Shown here piece by piece: positions 1-8,582 of a stretch of DNA of 45,632 nucleotides. The stretch is from positions 1-45,632 of the forward strand of contig QIAR01000216.1 of NCBI GenBank assembly GCA_003225595.1. The letters run 5' to 3'. The stretch's first letter is position 1; each line of letters opens with the position of its first letter. Source of the DNA: Acidobacteriota bacterium. Its GTDB lineage: Bacteria; Acidobacteriota; Terriglobia; Terriglobales; Acidobacteriaceae. The notes under the pieces are model-generated. The model saw only the letters and a program-made list of their open reading frames with translations, ran no database searches and was not told the DNA's origin. Position numbers and translations under genes: made by a program.

Positions 1-157
1 GTCGTTGCGCCAGGAGTTTTCCATACCGGTGGAGTTGTTCAACCCGTTCCAGAAGATCGCCCCGCCGATGGGAATGGGAGCGGAACTGGTGGAGCAGAAT
101 GCCGGCCAGATGGCGGTGGCCGTGGGATTGGCCCTAAGGAGTTTTGAAAGCCTATGA
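1..157 (+). CDS. pilM: type IV pilus assembly protein PilM, C-terminal end (5' part lies outside the window)
   Basis: Frame 2 is open from the window edge and reads ...FSIPVELFNPFQKIAPP...QMAVAVGLALRSFESL*, a PilM-like C-terminus. Its TGA (155-157) overlaps the pilN ATG (154-156) as ATGA. It is followed by pilN/O/P/Q. It is too short to appear in the ORF track. Confidence 0.7.
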   Translation, partial: SLRQEFSIPVELFNPFQKIAPPMGMGAELVEQNAGQMAVAVGLALRSFESL

Positions 158-738
158 TCCGAATCAACCTGCTGGGAACACCGAAAGCGAAGGGCAAACG
201 CTCCGCCACGGCGATGCCAATGCTCGAAGCCGGCGACGCCGGCTCGCCCAAACTGAAAATCCTGGTTGTGCTGGCAGTGACGGCAGCCCTGAACCTGGGC
301 TACTGGTACCACTTGGATAAACAGAAGCAGTCCATCGCCAAGCAGATGTCGGTGGCGGAACAGAAGAACCGCGATTTGGCCGACGTCAAGGCACGGTATC
401 TAGAGCGGCAGCGCCAGGCAGACAGCTATAAGCGCCGAGTGGATGTCATCGACTCCTTGCGGGCCAGCCAGGCCGGGCCAGTCAACCTTCTAGCGATGGT
501 CGGCCAAACCGTCAACAACACCGAGGCCGTCTGGCTCAACAACCTGAAAGACAACGGCGGGAAAGTTGATATCGAAGGCGTGGCGCTGAGCACCGATGCG
601 GTAGCCAATCTGATCAGCAACCTGCAAAGGACCGGCTATTTCAAGAATGTCGAGATGAAGGAAAGTTACCAGGACGACAGGGTGAAGGACATGCAGGCGT
701 TTCTGTTCACGCTGACCTGCGAGAAAGCGAAGTCCTAA
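154..738 (+). CDS. pilN: type IV pilus inner-membrane assembly protein PilN
   Basis: 194 aa. It has a MIRINLL N-terminus, one TM helix (LKILVVLAVTAALNLGYWY), a coiled-coil and then a periplasmic domain. It lies between pilM and pilO. Confidence 0.85.
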   Translation: MIRINLLGTPKAKGKRSATAMPMLEAGDAGSPKLKILVVLAVTAALNLGYWYHLDKQKQSIAKQMSVAEQKNRDLADVKARYLERQRQADSYKRRVDVIDSLRASQAGPVNLLAMVGQTVNNTEAVWLNNLKDNGGKVDIEGVALSTDAVANLISNLQRTGYFKNVEMKESYQDDRVKDMQAFLFTLTCEKAKS

Positions 739-751
739 AGGACAAAAAATC

Positions 752-1402
752 ATGGCGAACTTCAGCGAAATGTCTGGAATCAAGCAGTGGGCCGTGGTGC
801 TGGCGGGAGGCGTAGTCGTGACCGTTGCTCTGTACTTCACGGTCTTCAAGACCGAGCGGGACGAGAACGCCGCGGCCCAGCAGAAGTTGGAAGCCAAGCT
901 GCACGAGAACGCGGAGCTTGAAGCCTACCGGCCCAAGCTGGCGGAGATTGAGCGCCAACTGGTCAGCCTGAAGCAGCAACTGGAGATCGAGCGCCGCATC
1001 GTGCCAGACGAGAAGGAAGTTGATGGATTCATGCGGCTGCTGGGCGGGGAAGCACAGAAAGCCGGGGTTGAGATCCGGCGTTATACCGCGGCGCCGCTGA
1101 GCGCGAAAGATTTTTATACCGAGGTGCCGTTTGAAGTCGAACTGGACGGCCCCTTTTACTCGATGCTGAATTTCTTCGACCGTGTGCGCAAGATGGAGCG
1201 GATTGTGAATGTCTCGGGGCTGCTGGTGGCCTCGACCCGGAAGCCAAGCGATGCCAAGACGAAACATACATACCAGTACGCTGCCAACGAGAGTGTAGTA
1301 GCAACGTGCACTGCGACCACATTCTTCAGTCATGACATAGAACCGCCCGCGAGCACAGCGGGAGGAAAATCCGGGCAGACTCCACAGCCGGTCAAAAGGT
1401 AG
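752..1402 (+). CDS. pilO: type IV pilus assembly protein PilO
   Basis: 216 aa. It has an N-terminal TM helix, a coiled-coil (QQKLEAKLHENAELEAYRPKLAEIERQL) and a PilO-like C-terminal domain (VPFEVELDGPFYSMLNFFDRV). Operon position supports the call. Confidence 0.8.
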   Translation: MANFSEMSGIKQWAVVLAGGVVVTVALYFTVFKTERDENAAAQQKLEAKLHENAELEAYRPKLAEIERQLVSLKQQLEIERRIVPDEKEVDGFMRLLGGEAQKAGVEIRRYTAAPLSAKDFYTEVPFEVELDGPFYSMLNFFDRVRKMERIVNVSGLLVASTRKPSDAKTKHTYQYAANESVVATCTATTFFSHDIEPPASTAGGKSGQTPQPVKR

Positions 1403-1411
1403 GGGAATGCG

Positions 1412-2203
1412 ATGAAGCTGACGACAGGTATTCTGGTATTGACGATGACAGTGGGTGCGGCATGGGCGCAAAACCCGGACGTCATTGAGAACACGCGCAA
1501 CACCATGAAGGCGCTGCAGCAGAAGAAGGCCATCGAGTCTAACGCGGCGCTGGCAGGGACGCAGGGACAATCCACGCAACCGTCGGCACCGGCGGAGAAC
1601 CAGAGTGCAGCGCCAGCCCCGGCCAAGCCCTCTGCGAGTAAAGCCCGCACGAGCAGCGCCACGTCTGAGGGCGCGAGCGGACTACAGAGTTCCGCGACCA
1701 GCGGGGGCATCTCGCGGACGCCAACCGCTTCCAAGGCGGCTGCCACAGCGGCAGCGGCGCAGGTGAAGCCGGTGGCTGGGTTTGTTCCCAAATCGAAGGC
1801 GACGCAGCACAAGCCGACGGTCGCCGCAAAGAGCAACGGTGAGGGCGATCCGATCCCCGAAAAACAACAAGAGAAAAAGTATTCCATGACGGGGAAGAGA
1901 GATCCTTTCCTCAGCCCAGTGGTGAACCACATGGGAGGATCGGGGTGCAGCACCGGCAAGAAGTGCCTGGCTATTGAGCAGATCAACTTGCGTGGTGTGG
2001 TGAGGTCGGACGCGGGTATGATCGCGGTCGTAAGCAACGAACTGAACAAGGCTTACTTCCTGCGCGAGAATGATCCGGTATTCAACGGATATGTGGTGAA
2101 GATCACAGGCGATTCGATCGTCTTCAAGCAGACGTTCCAGGACCGATTGGGCAAGTCGTCTACGCGTGACGTGACGAAGAAGATCTTTACGCCGGCTGTG
2201 TAG
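1412..2203 (+). CDS. pilP: type IV pilus assembly lipoprotein-like PilP
   Basis: 263 aa. It has a signal peptide (MKLTTGILVLTMTVGAAWAQ), a long Ala/Ser/Thr/Pro-rich linker and a C-terminal PilP-like beta domain (KRDPFLSPV...LRGVVRSDAGMIAVVSNE...YFLRENDPVFNGYVVKITGDSIVFKQ). It lies directly upstream of pilQ. Confidence 0.65.
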   Translation: MKLTTGILVLTMTVGAAWAQNPDVIENTRNTMKALQQKKAIESNAALAGTQGQSTQPSAPAENQSAAPAPAKPSASKARTSSATSEGASGLQSSATSGGISRTPTASKAAATAAAAQVKPVAGFVPKSKATQHKPTVAAKSNGEGDPIPEKQQEKKYSMTGKRDPFLSPVVNHMGGSGCSTGKKCLAIEQINLRGVVRSDAGMIAVVSNELNKAYFLRENDPVFNGYVVKITGDSIVFKQTFQDRLGKSSTRDVTKKIFTPAV

Positions 2204-2293
2204 AACCGCCGTGGCCGCGGGATGAAGGGCCGAAAGACCGATTTCAAAGAAAGACACGCGGCAGGCCAACCGCCTCGCGTGAGGAGAGAAGAG

Positions 2294-4364
2294 ATGCGAA
2301 AGCAACTGCTGGGTGTTTTCCTACCGCTGCTGATCCTGGGCTTACTGGCAGCAGCGGCTGAGACGCGGAGCACGGGCACGGGCGCTACGAAACGGGCCGC
2401 GTTGCAACGGCTCCAGGTAACTCACGGCGAAGATGGGATCAGCATTGAGATCACTGCCCGTGGACAGTTGACCCCGAAGTTGAACACTCTGGACTCGCCC
2501 GCGCGGGTCATGCTGGACCTGCCCAATACGGTACGGGGTGAAGTCCGTACGTATCGGCATGGACGGGCAGACACCACCGACCACGCGTATCGTTGTCGAC
2601 CTGGTCCAGGCCTGCCGCTATGAACTGGTACCCGGCAGGGGCAATAAGCTTGTCCTGAAACTGCATACGGCGGCGGAGAGCACACAGACGACGGCTGCTA
2701 CCAAGATGTCCGTGGCCAGCACGCCTTTCGTCGTGAAGAACAAACCGACTTCGAGCAAATCGGCGCCAGCAACGAGCGCTGCTCCCGGCGGCGAAATGAA
2801 ACCGCTCGAGAGCGCTTCGGCTGCTAATAACTTCGTATTTGTCGAGCCGTCTTTTGAGCCCAAAAACGAGGCAAAAAACGCAAACAAGTCGGCCGAAATT
2901 GCGCCGCCAGTCCGGACAATCGAGGCGGCGGCGAAGTTCGCCGACAAGTCAGCCTCGGAACTGCTGGCTACGAAGAGCAATGCCTCCATGCAGCCCGAGG
3001 CGCTGCAGGCTGCCGGTTCGGCCATTCAGCCGGCGGTGAACATGGCCGCCGAGCAGAAGACCCAGATGGCGCAGGCGCCGGGGATCAATGGTCCGAAATA
3101 CACCGGTGAGCCGATTTCAGTGAACCTGAAGGATGTAGACCTGAAAGATTTCTTCCGGTTGATTCATGAGATCAGCGGATTGAACGTAGTGCTCGATCCC
3201 AACGTACACGGCACCTTGACCATCGTGCTGGATGATGTACCGTGGGACCAGGCGCTGGATATTGTGCTGAAGAACAACGCCCTGGCACGCCAACTCGAAG
3301 GCAACGTGCTGCGCATTGCTACTCTAGATACGTTGAAGAAGGAAGCGGATGCGCGTCGCGCCCAGCAGGAATCCGAGGCGCTGGCCGTAGAGAAAGTCAC
3401 GGTTACGCGTTTCCTGAGTTATGCGCACTCCAAGGACGTCGTTCCCACGGTGAAGAAGTTCCTGACTCAGCGCGGAGATGTGATGGCGGATGAGCGCACC
3501 AACGCGCTGATCATCTCCGATATTCCCAACGTGGTTCCGGGAATCGATCGCCTGCTCACACAGCTGGACCGCAAGACTCAGGAAGTGGAAATTGAAGCCC
3601 GGGTGGTGGCTGCAACCCGCAGCTTCGCTCGTGATATCGGTACGCAGTTTGGCTTTGGGTGGGGCAACTCCCCTAGCGCGGTAGGTGGAGTGCAGGGCGT
3701 CGGTACTTCGCCTACAATCGTCGGAAATACCCCGAACCCGCAGTACATTGTCGTGGGCGGCGGAGCGAGCACTAGCGGCGTGCAGATCCCGCTGTTTTCC
3801 AACTTGGGACTGACCCAGCCGACAAGCGGTCTGCAATTCGTGAACGCGACCAATAGCGTGCGTATCGACGCCATTCTGACTTTGGCCGAGTCACGTGGCT
3901 TACTGAAGATTCTGTCGCGTCCGCGGGTGGTAACGCAAAACAATATCCAGGCACTCGTCCGCCAGGGCGTGCGCGTGCCCATCGTCACCCAGGCGCAGTT
4001 GGGCGGCCCACCGACAGTAACCTACGTCGATGCCTTCTTGCGGTTAACTGTCGTTCCGCAGATCACCTCGGAAGGTACGATCTTCCTGAACGTGGACGTT
4101 GAGAACACGACGCCCGACTTTGGTCGAACGGTACAGGGCAACCCGACGCTAGTCACACAGCAGGCGACTACCCAGGTGCTGGTCACCGACGGTGGCACGG
4201 TCGTCATCGGTGGGGTCATCCAGACGCAGAACTCGGTCAACATCAGCCAGGTGCCGCTGCTGGGCAACATTCCGGCTTTCGGCAACCTGTTCAAGCGTCG
4301 CTCGGTCAGCACCTCTAACCAGGAGTTGATCTTCTTCATCACCCCGAGGATTATCCAGACATAA
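2294..4364 (+). pseudogene. pilQ: type IV pilus secretin PilQ, interrupted by a 1-nt frameshift (or assembly indel) near 2535
   Basis: Frame 2 starts at ATG 2294, with GAGGAGAG just upstream. It gives a signal peptide and the first half of an AMIN domain (MRKQLLGVFLPLLILGLLAAAAE...LDSPARVMLDLPNTV). The rest of the AMIN domain (VKSVRIGMDGQTPPTTRIVVDL), an S/A/P-rich linker and the secretin domain (ILSRPRVVTQNNIQALV...VPLLGNIPAFGNLFK...ELIFFITPRI) are in frame 3 (ORF 2538-4364). The switch lies within about 2524-2540, at a GGGG run (2535-2538). Confidence 0.85.
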
Positions 4365-4387
4365 CATCGACGTCGAAGGAAAACAGG

Positions 4388-4436
4388 CGCCGGCTTTACC
4401 GGAAGAGTCTGTCAGGAAAGCCGGCGGTTCTGTTTT
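4388..4436 (+). terminator. rho-independent terminator candidate after pilQ
   Basis: Perfect 10-bp stem CGCCGGCTTT (4388-4397) / AAAGCCGGCG (4417-4426), followed by GTTCTGTTTT. Confidence 0.6.
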
Positions 4437-4450
4437 GACATCGGTGGCAA

Positions 4451-4471
4451 GTTCTGGTTCTCAGTTTCAGC
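4451..4471. repeat. heptamer array GTTCTGG TTCTCAG TTTCAGC (AGTTCTC family, reverse orientation)
   Basis: Read directly from the sequence. It has 7-nt periodicity and lies in the pilQ/peptidase intergenic region. It contains GTTCTCAG, the reverse complement of CTGAGAAC. Confidence 0.6.
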
Positions 4472-4487
4472 CTGTTAAACTCAACGC

Positions 4488-5588
4488 ATGGACCAGGAAG
4501 GCCGCTTGCGACGGCTGCAGGAACTGCTCTCGCGGCACCGGCTTGATTCGCTCCTCATTACCCACCTTCCCAACATCCGGTACCTATGCGGTTTCAGCGG
4601 CAGCGCAGGCGCGCTACTGGTAAGCGAGCGCGCCACTGTGTTCTTTACCGATGCCCGTTACACGTCCCAAGCGCGGCAAGAGGTGCAAGGCTCAAAGATA
4701 GTGATTGGTCGCAAAGCACCACTGGTCGCGGCGGCCGCGTGGATGGCCAGAAACTCCAATCGGAGGCGCGACCTGCGCAGGCCTGTGGTGGGCATTGAAG
4801 GCGAGTACCTGACGGTCGCTGGGCGAAAGCGGCTGGCGACTGTACTCCCGTCGGGATTCCGTCTGCGCGAGGCACCACCTTTGATCGAGCAGGCACGCAT
4901 GGTGAAGGATGCGGAAGAAATTGGGCGTCTCCGCGCCGCGGTGTTGCTGGGTGCAAGCGTGTTCGAGGTCGCACGGGGGACAATCCGGCCTGGAGTAAGA
5001 GAATCCGAGATCGCAGCGGAAATTGAGCACGCGGCGCGTCGGGCAGGGGCGCAGGATATGTCTTTTCCCACCATAATTGCTGCTGGGGCCAGATCTGCGC
5101 TGCCGCATGGGCGCGCCTCGGACCAGCCAATCCCGGCCGAGGGATTCGTGGTCTGCGATTTCGGTGTTATACTCGCTGGCTATTGTTCAGACATGACCCG
5201 CACGGTGTATGTGGGTCGTCGTACGCAGGAAGCTCGCCGAGTCTACCAAGCGGTGAGGGACGCTCAACAGGCTGCTGTGAACGAAGTGCGGCCTGGCATC
5301 AGAGTTGGCGAAGTTGACCGCACAGCCCGGAAGATATTGAGAAAGAGTGGCTTAGGTCCACACTTCACGCACTCTACCGGCCATGGGGTTGGCTTGGAGA
5401 TTCACGAGGCACCCCGCCTGGCCGCCGGCCAAACCGAGATGTTGCGGCCGGGAATGGTCATCACAATTGAGCCTGGAGTCTACATCCCGGGCAAATGGGG
5501 AGTGCGGATCGAAGACGTGGTCGTGGTTACGGAACGCGGGTGCGAAGTCTTGACGCCCACCAGCAAAGACTTCATAGCCGTTGAGTAG
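4488..5588 (+). CDS. M24 family Xaa-Pro aminopeptidase/dipeptidase
   Basis: 366 aa. It has a creatinase-like N-domain plus a pita-bread fold with typical metal-ligand blocks (VCDFGVILAGYCSDMTRT, HSTGHGVGLEIHEAP, ITIEPGVY, RIEDVV). Confidence 0.85.
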   Translation: MDQEGRLRRLQELLSRHRLDSLLITHLPNIRYLCGFSGSAGALLVSERATVFFTDARYTSQARQEVQGSKIVIGRKAPLVAAAAWMARNSNRRRDLRRPVVGIEGEYLTVAGRKRLATVLPSGFRLREAPPLIEQARMVKDAEEIGRLRAAVLLGASVFEVARGTIRPGVRESEIAAEIEHAARRAGAQDMSFPTIIAAGARSALPHGRASDQPIPAEGFVVCDFGVILAGYCSDMTRTVYVGRRTQEARRVYQAVRDAQQAAVNEVRPGIRVGEVDRTARKILRKSGLGPHFTHSTGHGVGLEIHEAPRLAAGQTEMLRPGMVITIEPGVYIPGKWGVRIEDVVVVTERGCEVLTPTSKDFIAVE

Positions 5589-5676
5589 AGCTTATCCCTT
5601 GCCAGAAATAGCATTTGGACGCCCGGCAGTCTTCCGGTCGGAATGGCCGGAGTAGAAGGCGGTCCCGCCGCAGACG

Positions 5677-6177
5677 ATGAATCAGAAAGAGCTCAAGGAA
5701 CTCATAGAGTTCTTAATCGAAAAAGATATCGCCGAGTTTGAGTTGGAGCGCGGCGATGTAAAGGTGCGCATAAAGCGTGGCGCAGAGGCGCCTGCTTCGA
5801 CGGATGCGCGATATTTCGGGGTGCATTCGGCTTCTCCTGCTGCACCGGAAGCGGCGTCCACGCCGACCTCCGTACCCTCGAATGCGGCGCCGACAGTTCC
5901 CCAAGAACCACCTGCGCCGGAGCCCGAGGAGCCGCTCCACACGGTGCGCTCGCCTATCGTAGGCACGTTTTACGAGGCGCCCTCACCAGGCGCTCCGCCA
6001 TTTGTGAAGGTTGGCGACTTGGTGGAAGTAGGGCAGGTGCTGTGCATCGTGGAGGCCATGAAGCTGATGAATGAGATCGAGTCTGATGTGGCTGGAGAGG
6101 TAGTGAAGAAGCTGGTCGCCAACGGACAGCCGATCGAGTACGGGCAGGAACTATTTGCCATTCGGCAGCGGAAATGA
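5677..6177 (+). CDS. accB: acetyl-CoA carboxylase biotin carboxyl carrier protein
   Basis: 166 aa. It has a Pro/Ala-rich linker and a biotinyl domain with CIVEAMKLMNEIESD (biotinyl-lysine motif AMKLM). Confidence 0.9.
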   Translation: MNQKELKELIEFLIEKDIAEFELERGDVKVRIKRGAEAPASTDARYFGVHSASPAAPEAASTPTSVPSNAAPTVPQEPPAPEPEEPLHTVRSPIVGTFYEAPSPGAPPFVKVGDLVEVGQVLCIVEAMKLMNEIESDVAGEVVKKLVANGQPIEYGQELFAIRQRK

Positions 6178-6202
6178 GCTGCTAAATTGATTGCGAGGGC
6201 GA

Positions 6203-6227
6203 GGGCGCGCCAGGCGTGCCTTTTTTT
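6203..6227 (+). terminator. terminator-like hairpin plus T7 run directly after accB
   Basis: GGCGCGC (6204-6210) pairs with GCGTGCC (6214-6220): 7 bp including one G-U pair, with a 3-nt loop. TTTTTTT follows at 6221-6227. Confidence 0.45.
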
Positions 6228-6388
6228 GTCTGAAGGGCAGCACCCTGTCCGGAATCGTTTAGTGCAGGATGGGCGGCCCCGGTGCGGGCGAGGCGCCCGC
6301 ACTCTTGCCCTCAGCGAGGTCGAAGGGACAGCCGGCAAGGCTTGTCCTGAACGAACCCGAAGGATGCCGGCGCTGCCCCTGCAACTGC

Positions 6389-7753
6389 ATGTTCAAGAAG
6401 ATCCTTATTGCCAATCGCGGGGAGATCGCTCTGCGCGTGATCTGCGCCTGCAAGGAACTAGGCATCCGCACGGTCGCAATCTATAGCGAAGCTGACCGCC
6501 ATTCGCTGCCAGTCCGGTTTGCCGATGAGGCGATCTGCATCGGGCCGCCGCAACTGGCACAAAGTTACCTGAACATTCCCGCCGTAATCAGTGCCGCCGA
6601 GATCGCCAATGTAGAGGCAATCCATCCGGGATATGGCCTGCTCGCGGAGAACGCCAACTTCGCCGAGGTGTGCGAGACTTGCGGCATCAAGTTCATCGGA
6701 CCTCCGCCGGAAATCACCCGGCTCATGGGAGAAAAGGAGAAGGCGCGCGCAGCAATGAGGAACGCCGGTGTGCCGATCCTTCCTGGCTCGGAGGGAGTCA
6801 TCGCGTCCGATGGTGAGGCGCTGGAATGGGCTCGGCAGGTCGGGTTCCCCATTATCGTTAAAGCTTCGGCGGGCGGCGGCGGACGCGGCATGCGCATCGT
6901 GCGCACGGCAGAAGAGCTGCCCGCATTATTTAAAGCGGCGCAGTCGGAAGCCGCGGGAGCCTTCGGCAACGGCGATCTGTACATGGAGAAGTATGTCGAA
7001 CGGCCTCGCCACATCGAGTTCCAGGTTCTGGGCGACACATACGGCAATGTCGTCAGCCTGGGCGAGCGTGAGTGCAGCATTCAACGCCGCCATCAGAAGC
7101 TGCTGGAGGAGTCGCCATCTACGCAGATGACGTCGGAAGTGCGCGACCGGATCGGGGGCATTCTCTGCAAAACACTTTCCGGGATCGGCTACGTGAACGC
7201 AGGCACAGTCGAGTTCCTCATGGACCAAGACCGCCGGCTCTATTTCATCGAGATGAACACGCGTATTCAGGTTGAGCACCCTGTAACCGAGATGGTCACC
7301 GATGTGGACTTGGTGAAGAGCCAAATCTTGCTCGCGATGGGCGAGCGCATGGAAAACGTGCTCCATGGGCCTATCGTCCACCGTGGACACGCCATCGAGT
7401 GCCGCATCAACGCCGAGCACCCGGAGAAGTTCACCCCCTCTGCCGGGAAGATCACGGCGTTTCATCCTCCAGGCGGCACGGGTGTGCGCATCGACACCGC
7501 TGCCTATGCTGAAGGTGTGATTCCGCCCTACTACGATTCACTTATTGCCAAGCTGATCGTGCGTGGCAAGGATCGCGCTGAAGCTGTATCGCGAATGGCG
7601 CGCGCGCTGGAGATGTTCATCGTCGAGGGGATTTTTACGACCATTCCGTTGCACCGGAAAATTCTCGCTGACCCGGACTTCCGTGCAGGGCGGGTGGATA
7701 CGACGTTTATCGAGCGGTTTTTTGCTGTCCGTAAGGAAGAGTCCGCCGACTAA
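6389..7753 (+). CDS. accC: acetyl-CoA carboxylase biotin carboxylase subunit
   Basis: 454 aa from ATG 6389. It has the canonical N-terminus [18 protein letters not shown], an ATP-grasp domain and a biotin carboxylase C-domain. The longer ORF from 6269 reads through GC-rich intergenic repeat sequence and is not credible. Confidence 0.9.
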   Translation: MFKKILIANRGEIALRVICACKELGIRTVAIYSEADRHSLPVRFADEAICIGPPQLAQSYLNIPAVISAAEIANVEAIHPGYGLLAENANFAEVCETCGIKFIGPPPEITRLMGEKEKARAAMRNAGVPILPGSEGVIASDGEALEWARQVGFPIIVKASAGGGGRGMRIVRTAEELPALFKAAQSEAAGAFGNGDLYMEKYVERPRHIEFQVLGDTYGNVVSLGERECSIQRRHQKLLEESPSTQMTSEVRDRIGGILCKTLSGIGYVNAGTVEFLMDQDRRLYFIEMNTRIQVEHPVTEMVTDVDLVKSQILLAMGERMENVLHGPIVHRGHAIECRINAEHPEKFTPSAGKITAFHPPGGTGVRIDTAAYAEGVIPPYYDSLIAKLIVRGKDRAEAVSRMARALEMFIVEGIFTTIPLHRKILADPDFRAGRVDTTFIERFFAVRKEESAD

Positions 7754-7844
7754 CCTCTTTCCCGCTGTGTTTGGATTGGCGTCCTGTGTTCGGCCTGTGT
7801 CTGTTTGGTTACATTGTGCAGCTTCGGTTGCGGAATCTCTGTTG

Positions 7845-8459
7845 ATGATCATTCTTCCACACCTATACGCCATCGTGGACGCTGCCTGCTTCGAGAATAA
7901 GGGTACATTCCTCGCCTATACGGAGGAGTTGATGGCTGGCGGCGTCACGCTGCTGCAATACCGCAACAAGAGCGACAATGCCCGCCAGATGCTTGGGCAA
8001 GCTCGGGAACTCAAACGCCAAGCCGGACCGCGCGTCAAACTAATCATGAACGATCGCGCCGACTTGTGTATCGCGGCGGAGTTCGATGGCGTACACCTCG
8101 GCCAAGATGACCTTTCTCCTAAGGGAGCCCGGCGGGTCATCGGCGATAAGCTTTGGCTGGGCGTTTCCACGCACAATCCCGATCAACTCAAAGCGGCGGA
8201 TGCTACTTCCACCGATTATGTCGCCATAGGCCCGGTCTTTCCCACTACCAGTAAGAGGAATCCTGACCCGGCGATCGGTCTTGAAGGGGTTCGAAAAGCG
8301 CGAACCTTAACCCGCAAGCCGCTGGTGGCCATCGGCGGAATTACCCGCTCCAGCTGCCGCTCGGTAATCGAGGCCGGGGCGGACTCTGTGGCAGTGATAT
8401 CCGATTTGTTACGGGATCCCCGCAAATCAGCAGAGGAATTTTTCCGCGTTCTGAGGTAA
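7845..8459 (+). CDS. thiE: thiamine-phosphate synthase
   Basis: About 204 aa from ATG 7845 (MIILPHLYAIVD...). ThiE blocks are present: LLQYRNK, MNDRADL, DGVHLGQDD, GVSTH, DYVAIGPVFPTTSK, AIGGI. The ORF-track start at 7563 overlaps accC and is rejected. Confidence 0.8.
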   Translation: MIILPHLYAIVDAACFENKGTFLAYTEELMAGGVTLLQYRNKSDNARQMLGQARELKRQAGPRVKLIMNDRADLCIAAEFDGVHLGQDDLSPKGARRVIGDKLWLGVSTHNPDQLKAADATSTDYVAIGPVFPTTSKRNPDPAIGLEGVRKARTLTRKPLVAIGGITRSSCRSVIEAGADSVAVISDLLRDPRKSAEEFFRVLR

Positions 8460-8582
8460 AGTCGTGACACTCACACACCATCAAGGCACAGGCGGGCTTG
8501 ATAGGGATCCCGGCCACGCGACAGCCGGTGGGACATTTGGGCTGCAAAATTGGATCCCGGGGCTACAAGTTCAAGGAGAGAC

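Noticed and set aside
707-1579. 290-aa ORF antisense to pilO/pilP. Similar long antisense ORFs lie at 1330-2049, 10619-11347, 13621-14208, 23392-24357, 27620-28180 and 37522-38244.
   Set aside because: Each lies entirely opposite a well-supported gene with recognisable domains. Their products are Arg/Pro/Gly/His-rich with no motifs. This is typical shadow-ORF behaviour in GC-rich DNA.
2535-2538. The G-tract at the pilQ frameshift, considered as a phase-variation switch.
   Set aside because: Four Gs are far shorter than known slippage tracts, which are usually 7 or more. An indel or assembly error is more parsimonious.
6269-6388. N-terminal extension of the accC ORF ([13 protein letters not shown]...).
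   Set aside because: The canonical AccC N-terminus [14 protein letters not shown] starts at 6389. The extension is translated from a GC-rich hairpin or repeat region.
7563-7844. Long upstream extension of the thiE ORF overlapping accC by about 190 nt.
   Set aside because: The extension has no ThiE similarity and is Arg/Cys/Ser-rich. ThiE homology starts at MIILPHLYAIVD (7845).
7754-7844. I looked for a TPP riboswitch upstream of thiE. I noticed three CTGTGT boxes at 7765, 7784 and 7795.
   Set aside because: None of the conserved TPP-riboswitch elements (CUGAGA, ACCUGAUCUGGAUAAUGCCAGCG-like) is present. Only 91 nt are available. The CTGTGT boxes are too short to interpret.
8460-8582. Possible amino-acid riboswitch or leader upstream of the two permeases (GGATCCCGG occurs twice, at about 8505 and 8552).
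   Set aside because: I recognised no lysine, glycine or T-box consensus. The possible stems are only 5 bp or shorter.
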